IMG/VR virus record: IMGVR_UViG_3300033047_000016
DNA length: 64,000 bases
Strand: one strand, 5' to 3'
DNA from: a virus
The notes under the pieces: generated by a model
Told to the model about the DNA's origin: nothing
The model's database searches: none
What the model saw: the letters and a program-made list of their open reading frames with translations, nothing else
Made by a program: the position numbers and the translations under genes
Shown here: in pieces, positions 1-10,161 of the stretch
Numbering within the stretch: the first letter of the stretch is position 1
Layout of the letters: the number at the start of each line of letters is the position of its first letter

Positions 1-393
1 CGGACACCGCATTTGTTCTTTGTGCCTGCCTCGAACCTCACCTCGATCCTGAACAGATGGGTCTTTGAAGGTCACTGTTCCTTCGACGCCTACGGCGAGC
101 ACTTGCCGCTTGAAAATACGGCTTGCAAAATACGCGATTGCTTGCCCCTCGCCAGCGCCAGTGTCCTTTGGTGTATACACATCAACCTGAATTAAGCCCG
201 GATTTCTTGATTTGGATTCAATTCCAAGATTAATTGGCAATACGTCTTCCGACGCCAATATACTGATCACAGCGTACTCAGCCACATCTTCGGGCACAGG
301 CGAGTTGGAGAAATATATATTCATTGTCGGGTATTCAGCATTCATGAATGTCTGAAACCGCGATTCGACGAAACTGAAAAAATTAGGTGTCAT
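1..393 (-). CDS. Tail terminator-like protein (DUF4128-like), 3' end truncated by window
   Basis: Manual translation MTPNFFSFVESRF...IQVDVYTPKDTGAGEG...; open to the window edge; follows neck genes. Confidence 0.65.
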   Translation of the reverse strand, partial: MTPNFFSFVESRFQTFMNAEYPTMNIYFSNSPVPEDVAEYAVISILASEDVLPINLGIESKSRNPGLIQVDVYTPKDTGAGEGQAIAYFASRIFKRQVLAVGVEGTVTFKDPSVQDRGEVRGRHKEQMRCP

Positions 394-869
394 ATGGTAT
401 TGCTCTCCAAGAGCGTTATTAATTCCTGCAACGTGACGCCAAACATTCCTTGTGGCGAGCGCGGCGTGAAGGGTTCTTCTGGAAGCTCTCCGGCTTCAAG
501 TCCCCCAATATGTGGCGCGTTATTCACAATCCAAAATGTGGTGAAAGGGTCTGCGTAGCTTACCGATCCAAGCGTAGCCATTGCTCTCGCCTCTGCGCCG
601 CCGCGCAATCTCTCTGCCCCAAGTGCCAATTTATTTGTGGCTTCTATGGGATTCTTTCCTGTGGCGGCTCCACCTGAGAATGGTTTTCCTGCGGAAGCCA
701 CGTAACTCATTACAGCCTGTCCGGTATGCACTGGTGTGCGTCGTATCAAGCGAACCATTGCTGCGTTCATCAACATTTTCATTCTAGCGCGGAACTTCTT
801 TTCAAACCGACGCTGGAATTGATCGAGACCGTTGTTGAATGTAACCGGATTCGACACAACTGAAAACAT
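390..869 (-). CDS. Neck/tail-completion protein (HK97 gp10-like)
   Basis: RRTPVHTG and IVNNAPHI..LE.G motifs; position in head-tail module. Confidence 0.65.
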   Translation of the reverse strand: MFSVVSNPVTFNNGLDQFQRRFEKKFRARMKMLMNAAMVRLIRRTPVHTGQAVMSYVASAGKPFSGGAATGKNPIEATNKLALGAERLRGGAEARAMATLGSVSYADPFTTFWIVNNAPHIGGLEAGELPEEPFTPRSPQGMFGVTLQELITLLESNTI

Positions 870-871
870 AA

Positions 872-1249
872 TTACTCCGTCTTACGCACGTGAAGTATGT
901 GTAGGCTACCGCCCGGTACTCCAAGCAAGCGCTTCACAATGTAATTATCGCCGCCCGCAGTTCTAATCGCGTCGTCAATTTTAGGTTCCACTGGAAGATC
1001 AAGCGCCGCAATCAACGCTTTCATATCTGTTGTGACTACAACTGAATCATCCATTTCCTCTACTGTGAACCGTGCAAACGTCATAGGCACGTCAGCGTGG
1101 TCAGTGCCGTTTGTGGTGTAGGTCCGCGTAGCGGTATTATACGTGCTGCTGGTATTGTCAACGAATGTTTGATTTGGTGCGAGACCGTCTACCTGTCCAA
1201 GAATTTTCATGACGTTCTGGACTTGCTCTTCAAGAAGGCTTTTAAACAT
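872..1249 (-). CDS. Head-closure / head-tail joining protein
   Basis: 125 aa, YNTATRT...DMKALIAA..L...PK.DD pattern; lies between adaptor and neck genes. Confidence 0.6.
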   Translation of the reverse strand: MFKSLLEEQVQNVMKILGQVDGLAPNQTFVDNTSSTYNTATRTYTTNGTDHADVPMTFARFTVEEMDDSVVVTTDMKALIAALDLPVEPKIDDAIRTAGGDNYIVKRLLGVPGGSLHILHVRKTE

Positions 1250-1797
1250 TACCGTATCACCCTTCCAACCCGGATGCGCCCAGTCACAACAATCCCGAGT
1301 CCAGTGATCAGAAATCCAATATTTACTGGCATAAGGTCTGATCCAGTCTTAGAATCTGAGCTACCGTCTTCGAAGAATTCAATCTCGACAACATCGGCCT
1401 TTACGCGCTTAATGCCTTCTGGCAAGTTGCTACTTTGTCCGCCAGACGCGGCTGCTGCACTACCAATCAAGAATATAGAAATCTCAGCTACGGCTTGCTT
1501 CAACTGGTCTGGTATATCATTCTCGCCAATAAGAATGCTGTCCCGATCATATACGCCACAACGAGGCCAGCGGAGTCCGCTGGTCTCGACTGTCTTATAT
1601 CCGTTCCATTGAACGTAATCATCAATGTATCCAGATGCCCATACCAAGTACGTGTCTTTCTCTGTCGGCGTTAGCGCCGTCCATAGTGCATACGAGGTGG
1701 GATTGACGCAAAGAATATCGTCCGCTTCAAGAGCGGTTAGATACGAATTGGCCGTGGTGATGCCGGTGCCGTCTTCGACAATTAATGTTACAGCCAT
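1249..1797 (-). CDS. Head-tail adaptor (DnaT-like ssDNA-binding family)
   Basis: LIVEDGTG...ANSY, L.WPR and IP.QLKQA..E motifs typical of this family. Confidence 0.75.
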   Translation of the reverse strand: MAVTLIVEDGTGITTANSYLTALEADDILCVNPTSYALWTALTPTEKDTYLVWASGYIDDYVQWNGYKTVETSGLRWPRCGVYDRDSILIGENDIPDQLKQAVAEISIFLIGSAAAASGGQSSNLPEGIKRVKADVVEIEFFEDGSSDSKTGSDLMPVNIGFLITGLGIVVTGRIRVGRVIR

Positions 1798-1806
1798 TTG
1801 GACTCC

Positions 1807-2631
1807 TTAAGTGCGCATGAAGCTTGGCAAGTTTGTTTTAAAATCGTTGCCCTCATCCATAGCACAATTATCAGCATCAGACAAGTTCATGCGGTTGAAA
1901 GCCATGACCCACTGTCGCGCCTGTCTGGACCGTACTACGTCTTCCTCGCCGAATTCTATGAGGCCAACACTTTCCATCCATGGCATCTTTGCCATCTGGA
2001 CGACCTGTGCAAGGCCGCTGTTATGGATACGGGCCTGCCGTATGTCACCACACAGCACCATGTTCAATCCTTCACCCTGACGCGTCAGTGTGATATACAG
2101 ATCATCTAAGTCTAGGTTCTCTGCCTCGTCAACGATGCAGGCTGCGTCTCTGAACGTACGCCCTTGTATGAATTCGTATGGAACTTCTTCTATGCACTTG
2201 GACCGGCGCAGGCGTTCAAAGTCAGTGGGGGACATCGCGTCTTTCATGCCTTCAAAGATTGGCACGAGCCACGGGGCTGTCTTTTCTTCCAGCGTCCCCG
2301 GAAGGTAGCCATTACGGTGTTTTGATTTTGCTACATTCGGTCTGGCGACGTACAGCTTGCTTATATCGCCACGGGCAAGCATGCCACCATATACGCACGC
2401 TGGAACGTACGTCTTACCAACACCTGCTGGACCTACCGCAAATGTTAGCTCATTGCCTGTCAAGCTTTTTACATACAGTGCTTGGTTGGCATTGCGAGGT
2501 TCGAGTGGCTTAGGATTGCGCTTTGATTGTCGGCGCGTCTTCTCTGCCTTACGTTGCTGCCGCCGTGTGGCTTTTTCACTTACTCCGTCTTCGGGATTGA
2601 TCTGGCCTGCTGACATATCGTCTTCAACCAT
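1807..2631 (-). CDS. phoH: PhoH-family ATPase
   Basis: Walker A GPAGVGKT, GYLPG.LEEK..PW, IQGRTF, DEAEN, LTRQGEG, GD.RQ, DVVRS; start chosen after GGAG RBS. Confidence 0.92.
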   Translation of the reverse strand: MVEDDMSAGQINPEDGVSEKATRRQQRKAEKTRRQSKRNPKPLEPRNANQALYVKSLTGNELTFAVGPAGVGKTYVPACVYGGMLARGDISKLYVARPNVAKSKHRNGYLPGTLEEKTAPWLVPIFEGMKDAMSPTDFERLRRSKCIEEVPYEFIQGRTFRDAACIVDEAENLDLDDLYITLTRQGEGLNMVLCGDIRQARIHNSGLAQVVQMAKMPWMESVGLIEFGEEDVVRSRQARQWVMAFNRMNLSDADNCAMDEGNDFKTNLPSFMRT

Positions 2632-2723
2632 AAGTAGTCTCCAAAAAAGCTCACCACAAGACACACCAGTACGGATCACAGCCGCGTGTGCTGTGTTATG
2701 TGAGCATGTTAATAATCAAAAGA

Positions 2724-3143
2724 TCAGGGAATTAGTACAGGAAGTACCGCGATAAACGATGCCCCAAATACATTTAGCAGCGCAATAATTCCAGCAACGC
2801 CAGCGCCTAATAAAGCTAGATTGCGTAGAATTTTTATAGGCCCACTCCACGCGGACTCTCTCCGCACCATTTCGGTATTACGGTCTGACATCACGGTATC
2901 TACGTCAGCACGGACCCCGTGCAAATCTTCTCGAATTTTTTCAACGTCACCGCGTACAGCAACGACGTCACCTTTGCTGCTTTCTACTTTTGCAGAAAGT
3001 CCTGTGACATCTTCGCGCAGCCCATCTAACGAGCCGTGTATGCGCCCGTCTCGAAACTCCATACCTTTACGAAGATCGCGCATTTCACTTAATATGAACG
3101 CGATCCCCAATCCCCCATTAGAGGACTGATCTAATTCTGACAT
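2724..3143 (-). CDS. Coiled-coil protein with C-terminal transmembrane helix (holin/XhlA-like)
   Basis: Heptad repeats followed by a hydrophobic C-terminus. Confidence 0.5.
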   Translation of the reverse strand: MSELDQSSNGGLGIAFILSEMRDLRKGMEFRDGRIHGSLDGLREDVTGLSAKVESSKGDVVAVRGDVEKIREDLHGVRADVDTVMSDRNTEMVRRESAWSGPIKILRNLALLGAGVAGIIALLNVFGASFIAVLPVLIP

Positions 3144-3163
3144 TATCGTATTCTCCGGCGCGC

Positions 3164-3397
3164 TTACGCTATATCTGAGTTTTTATCAGCCTCACCGGTA
3201 AAGACAGTCTGGAGCACGTGCGCTTGGTCTTTAGGTTTCCGGCGATACTTTCGTTTGGTTTTCTTTGAAGCATCCTCAACAGGAATTATGGTAGGAGCCG
3301 TTTGGGTCCAACCTTCTTGTAGAATTAACTTGTCCGCAAGATCGCGGCGAGGGATATCGAACGGTTCGCCAGCGGGCGAGTATACACGCGTTGACAT
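3164..3397 (-). CDS. Hypothetical protein related to the repeated domain of 9471-10076
   Basis: RVYSPAGEPFDI...A..L....GW resembles VIYDADGKEYEM...A.DMV....W. Confidence 0.55.
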   Translation of the reverse strand: MSTRVYSPAGEPFDIPRRDLADKLILQEGWTQTAPTIIPVEDASKKTKRKYRRKPKDQAHVLQTVFTGEADKNSDIA

Positions 3398-3483
3398 ATG
3401 ATTACTCCGTCTATATTTCAACTTGCGTTAAACATACCACAGTGTATTAGGAATGTCACGCATTTTGCCGTGCACGGTTTTGG

Positions 3484-4641
3484 TTAGCTTGCGGCCCAGA
3501 CGTGCGGGATTACTTTGTTGGCAATATCTGCCTTGTCTTGTTCTGTGATACTTCCTGCCGAAACAAGACTCTGCACCAATCCATCAATCACTACAGTACA
3601 TCCGGGGCCTGAATTATCCACCAGTTGACATATACCACGCACAACGATAGTGCCAGAGGTACACGTAGAATCCAACACAACACGACCACTCAGCATGTCA
3701 ATACTGGCGTTGTTACCTGCGGAGAAGTTTTGTAGTTCTAACCCACCAGTATAATTTCGTACACTGACTGAGCAATTAGCTCCATTGACGTCAATAACAG
3801 GCGTCCCGGTTCCCGCTACATCGGACACACATTGTATAAAACGTACTGGCACCACTGCGGTAGAATTAATGGTTATTGGTCCAGCGATTGCACACTCATA
3901 CATGAACCCCTTAAAGTCACTCAAAGCATTAATTTGGCATTTATTGAATTCGCCTTGACCTGTTAGAGTGCCTGATACTGACAGGCTACTGAATGACGTC
4001 TTATCGGTAGATGATCCAACCGTTAGAATCATGCTAGAGTCTAGGGGAGAATCCCCCACAAACACCGCGTTATCGGCTACGTCTGTTGCTGAAAACACCA
4101 CGGCACCAAACACGGAAAAGCGGCGTAGTTTCTGTTTCGTTGCAATTATAAATGCGTCAGGATAGTTGTTAACTGGATCAGTTGGGGTGCCACGAGGAAA
4201 CGACGTTCCAGACAGCCCATTATCAATGTCTATGTAAACGGACGCGTTGATGAATGATTGGCTATTTATCTGCTCAGAAAATGTCAAACCGGCAGAGTTC
4301 GCAGAACGTATAGACACTTGGTTAACGTTTGTAACGTCGCCAATATTCGAGTTTGCTCCAACCAAGTTAACAGCATACTGGCCGTCTTCAAACGTGACCG
4401 TATATCCGTTGATAATTTCTACTACACGAGCCAACGTAACCCCACCAACAGTTACCGGTGGGTTGTGGTTGTGTGTGTTGCTGTATACAATGCCCTCTGC
4501 CTCATCCTCTAAGTCTTTCAAGATGAGGCGAAAACCGTCGATATCGAGTTGGCGAATCTCTGTTGGGGCCGCTTGCACCAGTAAGGTGTCGGCTTTAGGT
4601 ATATTGATAACTTTGGTGGGCCAGTTGACAGTTATCGCCAT
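3484..4641 (-). CDS. Virion structural protein (beta-rich, fibre-associated)
   Basis: 385 aa T/V/G/S-rich protein in the structural operon. Confidence 0.6.
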   Translation of the reverse strand: MAITVNWPTKVINIPKADTLLVQAAPTEIRQLDIDGFRLILKDLEDEAEGIVYSNTHNHNPPVTVGGVTLARVVEIINGYTVTFEDGQYAVNLVGANSNIGDVTNVNQVSIRSANSAGLTFSEQINSQSFINASVYIDIDNGLSGTSFPRGTPTDPVNNYPDAFIIATKQKLRRFSVFGAVVFSATDVADNAVFVGDSPLDSSMILTVGSSTDKTSFSSLSVSGTLTGQGEFNKCQINALSDFKGFMYECAIAGPITINSTAVVPVRFIQCVSDVAGTGTPVIDVNGANCSVSVRNYTGGLELQNFSAGNNASIDMLSGRVVLDSTCTSGTIVVRGICQLVDNSGPGCTVVIDGLVQSLVSAGSITEQDKADIANKVIPHVWAAS

Positions 4642-4644
4642 GAC

Positions 4645-4863
4645 TTATGCTGTTGACCCCCCAGTATGGACCATTGCAGTTAGAAGATTAACACGCCCAG
4701 TAAGCGCTTGAATTTGTGCGTTTGCCATTGCTAAGGCGCGTTCATTTGCCACAAGTTTCTTGTGCATATTGTGGTATTGTTTATCAATACGCTTTTGTGC
4801 TTCGTTCAACGCAACAATGTTGTTGCGGTTGATTATATCTTGTTCACTTAGTACAGCCATCAT
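4645..4863 (-). CDS. Small coiled-coil hypothetical protein
   Basis: ORF overlaps neighbours in operon fashion. Confidence 0.6.
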   Translation of the reverse strand: MMAVLSEQDIINRNNIVALNEAQKRIDKQYHNMHKKLVANERALAMANAQIQALTGRVNLLTAMVHTGGSTA

Positions 4864-6449
4864 TCATCCAATATCTGATTTACCGTGACAGAGAATCCTT
4901 GGTCTGTCAACGTTCCCGTGGTCTCGTATGTGACATAGTACGGGGGTGGGGTCGTAGAGTTGCGTACACGTACCTGAAGGGCCTTATCCGCTGTGTAGTT
5001 TACCGTCTGAGAAAATGTGGTGGTGGCCTCAATCTGGTTAAACAACACAATGGAATCCGTGGTGTTCTCAATGAATACGCGACTTCCGGCGATTAGTCCA
5101 GTCAAAGTTATTGTAACGGAGTTATTTACAGTGACGGTTCCTGCGGAAGAATTTCGAATGATCGCTTCTGCAATGTTGCCACCATTGATAACGTTGAGCA
5201 CCAAGTTGCCCGTCCCACCTGCCGGATTAAAATGGATCGCGGCGTCAGTGCCTGTTCCAGAATATCCGGTAAATGTGTTGTTGTCAAACGTGTATGTTCC
5301 GGCGGTGTCTATTTCAATAGCGTGACCGGTACCGGCAGACACAAAGGTGCTGTCGGTTATAAGATTTGGCGTATCAGACAACAGTGCCGGAGTTACTGCG
5401 CTGGCTTCTACCAATATGTCGGTAATGTCTGCGCCATTCTGAGTCACCAATTCAGTGCCACGAAAAGTGGTGCCAATAATGGTGGTGCTTGCTTGGAACG
5501 TGCTGGGGCCAATGCCTGTGAATGTCCCTGTTGTCAGATTGAATGTAGGGTCATTGGCGTCAACAATTACGCGACCTTTGTTGGTCGTCCCAAGTGCCGT
5601 CAAAGATACGTTAGTCCAGTTGCATACGGTACTTGCGTGATCAATAATAATCTGGCTGAAGTCGCTGGCTGCATGTATGGTATCAGCAAAAGAGATAGAT
5701 ACGTCTGAGACTTCAAATCTGGCGAGTGTCGCTGTGCCTGCGTTGTTTCTCCCAATGGCAAACGTGCCTTGAAGTTCAAAACCAGCACCACTGGCTGTAA
5801 GGATTCCCCAGCGATTTGTTACGTTGTCGCTGTCTATAGAAAAGTCTGCAAAGTTGCATGGATCATCACTAGCGTCACCAGCCGAGATAAGTTCTCCGGC
5901 GGTGAGGAAACCACCAAGACCATAGCGCATAGCGTCGATGCCGACGTTTGCACCCTTGACCGATGCCGTGGTATTCAATCCACCACCAAAAACTTGCGGG
6001 TTGGCTGCTGGGGTTCCGGTTAGCGTTCTGTAAGGCTCTGCGGCGTTTGCCGTACGCAGCGCATAATCTATCGGGTAGCAACGTGCAACACGGCCACCGG
6101 CACCGTAGGTGTCATTACCTTCCACGTGGTACTGGCAATAAGCGCCAGTCGCTGACCCAATCAAGACAGAAGCACCCTTCAGAGCGCGTGTATCGGTCAG
6201 TCCGGGCGTAGCTGCAAAATGCCATATCCACACGTGATCGCCAGCACCGAGTGTTATCCCCGCACCGTTATCGAACATTAAGCCTTTATCAGCATTTGTT
6301 ATCTGTTTGTCTACGCAATTTGTTCCTTGCATGGACAAGTCTGGTGATGCCGACAATCCGGCACCACCGCCACCATAGGCAACAAAGCCCGTGGTAGCCT
6401 CAGAAAGAGTGATGTCTGTTAAGTCTTCAGTGTAGCTTGGTACCGCCAT
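4860..6449 (-). CDS. Virion structural protein with probable beta-helix
   Basis: 529 aa, T/G/A-rich, repeated TFTG/TFVS/TF.N beta-helix-like motifs. Confidence 0.6.
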   Translation of the reverse strand: MAVPSYTEDLTDITLSEATTGFVAYGGGGAGLSASPDLSMQGTNCVDKQITNADKGLMFDNGAGITLGAGDHVWIWHFAATPGLTDTRALKGASVLIGSATGAYCQYHVEGNDTYGAGGRVARCYPIDYALRTANAAEPYRTLTGTPAANPQVFGGGLNTTASVKGANVGIDAMRYGLGGFLTAGELISAGDASDDPCNFADFSIDSDNVTNRWGILTASGAGFELQGTFAIGRNNAGTATLARFEVSDVSISFADTIHAASDFSQIIIDHASTVCNWTNVSLTALGTTNKGRVIVDANDPTFNLTTGTFTGIGPSTFQASTTIIGTTFRGTELVTQNGADITDILVEASAVTPALLSDTPNLITDSTFVSAGTGHAIEIDTAGTYTFDNNTFTGYSGTGTDAAIHFNPAGGTGNLVLNVINGGNIAEAIIRNSSAGTVTVNNSVTITLTGLIAGSRVFIENTTDSIVLFNQIEATTTFSQTVNYTADKALQVRVRNSTTPPPYYVTYETTGTLTDQGFSVTVNQILDE

Positions 6450-6470
6450 AACAATTACCTTCCATAGCTA

Positions 6471-8234
6471 TTAAGCGTCGGAAGTACGAATTGCTGTTGA
6501 CGACCCGCCTGATCCACCTAGAACACCCGTGGTTTCGAATGTCTTGATCGGTGAGGCCCCACCATCCCGGACGCGAATGAACAAGCCCAAATCCGCCAGA
6601 TACACTGAGGTAAATGATTCAGAAGTGGCCCCTGCCAACTTGTCGATATATGTGACATATACATTGACGCCTGCGGTGGCAGAGTCAAGCTCATCTGCAC
6701 CGGAGAAGTCTGCCGATGTAATGGTGAAGGTTGACCCTGTGTATGACGTATATGTCAACAGCCTGTCAAAACCAGAGTCATTAACAACACGTAGCGTTCC
6801 CGCCGCTGGTGTGTCGGTAGGAATTGCTGCCGTAGTGACGACTGCGGTTTCCGTACCAGTAATAAGTGTGGTGTTTAGCGACAGTTGTGCTTTGTCAATG
6901 GCTGAAGCATTGTCTTTTGTAACAAGAATTCTGTCTTCACCAACGACCAGACCTGAAACCGTGAACGTTACATTGTTCGGCGGGGTCCGCTGTGTATTGT
7001 CTAAGTCGAACAATGTGTCGGATGCTGTGAGGTCAGTATCAAGAATACCAAGACCATACGAACCAATGATCGCAGAACCGGTCGAGGCTCCAACAAACGG
7101 CGTTGACAAAGAACGAGAAGTGACTGTAATATTCACCAGCGCCGTAGCAGTGCTTACCCCAGTAATCAATTCGTTGTTTACCGGTGGAATACCTGACAAC
7201 AATTGAATCCACATCTTAGTACCGGCAGTGACACTGTCAATTGCCAGCAATTGTCCAGTACCATTTGGCCACGATACTGCCTCTGGCTCAACAAACGTGC
7301 CAGTAGGTGTGTCAATTTCGACCTCGTGCGTGATACCCCGGAACAGGTCACCAGTCAAGCCGTACAGCGTTTCAGCGGTACCACGACGAGAGGCCCACTT
7401 GAGGCGCTCGTAGAAGTCGTTGATGGTCTGTGTGCCGACGGTCCAGTTCGAGTAGTAGAATTCGTTTACAGTGTCGCCCGTAACGTCAATCGCGCTGTAG
7501 CCTTCATTACTGTTTACAACAGACGTCCACGTCGCCACGGTTACAGCGGCGGTTTGGTTGTTAAGGTCAGTCGCGCTGTAGCCTTCATTACTGTTTACAA
7601 CAGACGTCCACGTCGCCACGGTTACAGCGGCGGTTTGGTTGTTAAGGTCAGTCGCTTCAGACAGGGCCAAAACGTTGTTGCCTCGGGAAGTACCGTTGAT
7701 TGAGAATTCGCCGAATGTGAACAAGAATTCACGGTTGAGTCCAAGCAGACGTCGCCCATCAATATCCGTACCAGCGGTACGCGTCTTGACCATGAATCTG
7801 TGTGAAATTCCTGCCGCAGCGTCGGCATTGAATCCGGCAGGGGTTAGGTCATTCCAAAAGTCATTTGCCAATACGGCACCGTCTTGGTGGATGATGATGA
7901 ATACTGGATTACCAAAGTTTACGATACCATCCCAAATGTCGTCGCCACCCGTTTGGATGATCGAGCCATCATAAAGATGCTCAGCCGACGTCTGGTCAAT
8001 GTTATAACCATTCAGGAGCGTGATGATGTTATCAGTCGAACGGTCTGACGGCGTCAGAGACGAAATGTCAAGCAGATCATCGCCAGCCGCCAAGGCGTCG
8101 TCAGCAAAGTCTTGCAGCGCTCTGTGAAATTCGATAACTGTCGCATAGGTCGGTGAACCGCCTGTGTGTGCGTTACCGATGTAACGAATGTCCCCATTCG
8201 TGCCAATGGTCCAGTCTAGTGCGTCAAAAGCCAT
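6471..8234 (-). CDS. Virion structural protein (fibre-like) with internal 27-aa duplication
   Basis: 587 aa T/G-rich; ATDLNNQTAAVTVATWTSVVNSNEGYS occurs twice. Confidence 0.65.
   Translation of the reverse strand: MAFDALDWTIGTNGDIRYIGNAHTGGSPTYATVIEFHRALQDFADDALAAGDDLLDISSLTPSDRSTDNIITLLNGYNIDQTSAEHLYDGSIIQTGGDDIWDGIVNFGNPVFIIIHQDGAVLANDFWNDLTPAGFNADAAAGISHRFMVKTRTAGTDIDGRRLLGLNREFLFTFGEFSINGTSRGNNVLALSEATDLNNQTAAVTVATWTSVVNSNEGYSATDLNNQTAAVTVATWTSVVNSNEGYSAIDVTGDTVNEFYYSNWTVGTQTINDFYERLKWASRRGTAETLYGLTGDLFRGITHEVEIDTPTGTFVEPEAVSWPNGTGQLLAIDSVTAGTKMWIQLLSGIPPVNNELITGVSTATALVNITVTSRSLSTPFVGASTGSAIIGSYGLGILDTDLTASDTLFDLDNTQRTPPNNVTFTVSGLVVGEDRILVTKDNASAIDKAQLSLNTTLITGTETAVVTTAAIPTDTPAAGTLRVVNDSGFDRLLTYTSYTGSTFTITSADFSGADELDSATAGVNVYVTYIDKLAGATSESFTSVYLADLGLFIRVRDGGASPIKTFETTGVLGGSGGSSTAIRTSDA
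7490..7655. repeat. Exact in-frame 81-bp tandem duplication
   Basis: Copies start at 7490 and 7571. Confidence 0.95.
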
Positions 8235-8240
8235 AGTGTG

Positions 8241-8747
8241 TCAAACCTTCTCTGTTGTCACCCGTGTGAGGGTATCGTTTGTGTAAGACAGTATTTTTCT
8301 GTGCCCAGTGTAGTCTTCGTCTACTTGGATAAGCACGTCATTGCCGTCATATGTTAATATTGTCACGTCCCCGGATTCGCGGGTGACACTCGTCAGGTTT
8401 CCGCCGGTATATGCTAGAATCCGGTCGTCAAGCCTTTGGTATTTTATCGGAGATATTTCGTACTCGAACGCAACCACTATCGGCCCGTCAATAGCACCAC
8501 CAACTATAGAAGTTCCCCACATCGAGTCGGTCGGTGTAGTGAATACGCCGTCAACACCAAACAAGGTACTTACAGGCTGGTTATCGCTAAGAACCGAAAG
8601 GTTCAGTGCGTCAGATACCCTAGCGTCAATAATAACATCAGGGGCCGCTTCGTTGTCAAAAGAAAGCGCCTCTTCAGCAACCAAATAAAAAGTCGCTTCA
8701 GACTCTGCAACAACCCCCATACGGTTTTGGGGGTCGAAACCACTCAC
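8241..8747 (-). CDS. Hypothetical structural protein with YD-like C-terminal repeats
   Basis: LAYTGGNLTSV / LTYDGNDVL / LSYTNDTLTRV repeats. Confidence 0.55.
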   Translation of the reverse strand: MSGFDPQNRMGVVAESEATFYLVAEEALSFDNEAAPDVIIDARVSDALNLSVLSDNQPVSTLFGVDGVFTTPTDSMWGTSIVGGAIDGPIVVAFEYEISPIKYQRLDDRILAYTGGNLTSVTRESGDVTILTYDGNDVLIQVDEDYTGHRKILSYTNDTLTRVTTEKV

Positions 8748-9151
8748 TTAACTTTAAACTCTAAAGTTCCGATACCGAAACTAAGAGTGTCTCCGATGGG
8801 TGCCGTTCTAGGAGAAGCAAGGTCCCCTTTGAATATCATGTTGCCCAAATTATCGAACACTGCCGCCGCAACTACCGTTGGCCATATTGTAGTCGATACT
8901 GGGCCAAAAATCAAGGCTATGTCGTTCGCAATTCTTGTGCCTGCATTTTCTGTATGCACGGGTGCGCCGAATGTTATTGCCTGTCTGGAATAGCCATGCA
9001 ACACGTTTGGTTCCGCTAGGCTACTGCCATCGTCGTTTATGCTTGCTGTGCTCAGTGCAACTTCTAACGTTACCGGAGCCGTAGGCATATCCGTTCCGCG
9101 TATCCATGCGGCGATTTGCCCCTGCACATATGTACTAAATCCTGCTGCCAT
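8744..9151 (-). CDS. Small phage structural (fibre-base-like) protein
   Basis: VALST....D......E....GYSRQAITF...W.TV.A.AVFD..GN...G.L...RT...GD...F..G.L pattern of a common virion family. Confidence 0.65.
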   Translation of the reverse strand: MAAGFSTYVQGQIAAWIRGTDMPTAPVTLEVALSTASINDDGSSLAEPNVLHGYSRQAITFGAPVHTENAGTRIANDIALIFGPVSTTIWPTVVAAAVFDNLGNMIFKGDLASPRTAPIGDTLSFGIGTLEFKVK

Positions 9152-9162
9152 GTCTAGTTACC

Positions 9163-9444
9163 TCACTGCTTGGTGAACCAGATGGTGCCATCAATTTCTG
9201 CTGAGTCTCTGATGTACGATAGAGATTCCCCAGAATTAATCTTCACCAATTCCGGGTGTAGGGAATTAACGGGCATTTCCGTTGCGTCCGCCGTGGGAGT
9301 ACCACGGGCGACCACAATGTGCATGAGTCTGTTTGAAAATACACGATACAATGCCGGAGCACTGACGGTCGGGGCAAAGTTGCCCGACACGTTAGTTAGC
9401 GCGGCGCTGGTAGTGTCTGTCGCAGAAAGTTGATGATCTGACAT
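9163..9444 (-). CDS. Small beta-sandwich virion protein
   Basis: 93 aa, beta-rich, in structural operon. Confidence 0.55.
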   Translation of the reverse strand: MSDHQLSATDTTSAALTNVSGNFAPTVSAPALYRVFSNRLMHIVVARGTPTADATEMPVNSLHPELVKINSGESLSYIRDSAEIDGTIWFTKQ

Positions 9445-9470
9445 CTGTATCCCTCAAATTTGCCTATGGA

Positions 9471-10076
9471 TTAGGCTTCGGAAACTACCTGCGCATCATT
9501 TTCGGCTTCGACAATCTTGACGATAGCCGTTTCTTTTGACGCGCGGTGGTGTACCTTCAGCCCGTACCGCTGCTGTGCCATGTCTCGCAGATTCTCTTCC
9601 GAGAACCCTTCAAGATACTTGACAACATCATCACTGCCTGCTACTCGCATAGCTTGTTCTGCCAAAGGCTCTTTGTTGACGTCAATATCGGCATCAACGG
9701 TTGTTGGTTCGGCTTCGGCAGTGACTGCGGCTTCGGTTGCCTCAATAACGGCGTCCAATGCTGCGGCCTCTTTCGACCCTTCTGGGTTGTTCCAGAAATA
9801 CTTTTCAGAATTAACCATATCGCGGGCGTTGGCTTGCGACATTTCATATTCTTTGCCGTCTGCGTCATAAATGACTACGGTTTTTGCGGTTGGGTCAGCG
9901 GGTCCGTCGGCTTCTGGTCGATCTGCCTTTACGTCAACTGACTTCCAGTAATGTTTTCCGCCGCGCACTAAGTCAATAGCGTTAAGGCGTGTTACAACCA
10001 ACTCTTTCCCGTCGTCGTCAAAAACGACAACAGTGTCGATTGCGGAATTTCTGCTGTGTGATGGTGCGTTAGCCAT
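9471..10076 (-). CDS. Hypothetical protein with two repeated N-terminal domains and a C-terminal Rho_N/HeH-like module
   Basis: Two VV.FD.DGKE repeats; C-terminal LRDMA..RYGLKV...ASKE..I.KI. Confidence 0.55.
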   Translation of the reverse strand: MANAPSHSRNSAIDTVVVFDDDGKELVVTRLNAIDLVRGGKHYWKSVDVKADRPEADGPADPTAKTVVIYDADGKEYEMSQANARDMVNSEKYFWNNPEGSKEAAALDAVIEATEAAVTAEAEPTTVDADIDVNKEPLAEQAMRVAGSDDVVKYLEGFSEENLRDMAQQRYGLKVHHRASKETAIVKIVEAENDAQVVSEA

Positions 10077-10109
10077 AAGGTCGGGTCTCCGGCTTGTGTG
10101 TGTTAATAT

Positions 10110-10134
10110 AAAAAGGGGCGGCGTTAGCCGCCCC
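10110..10134 (-). terminator. Intrinsic terminator after the capsid genes
   Basis: GGGGCGGC-TAAC-GCCGCCCC followed by TTTTT on the minus strand. Confidence 0.85.
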
Positions 10135-10161
10135 TCAAACTGTGTGTTGATCCACTACGGA

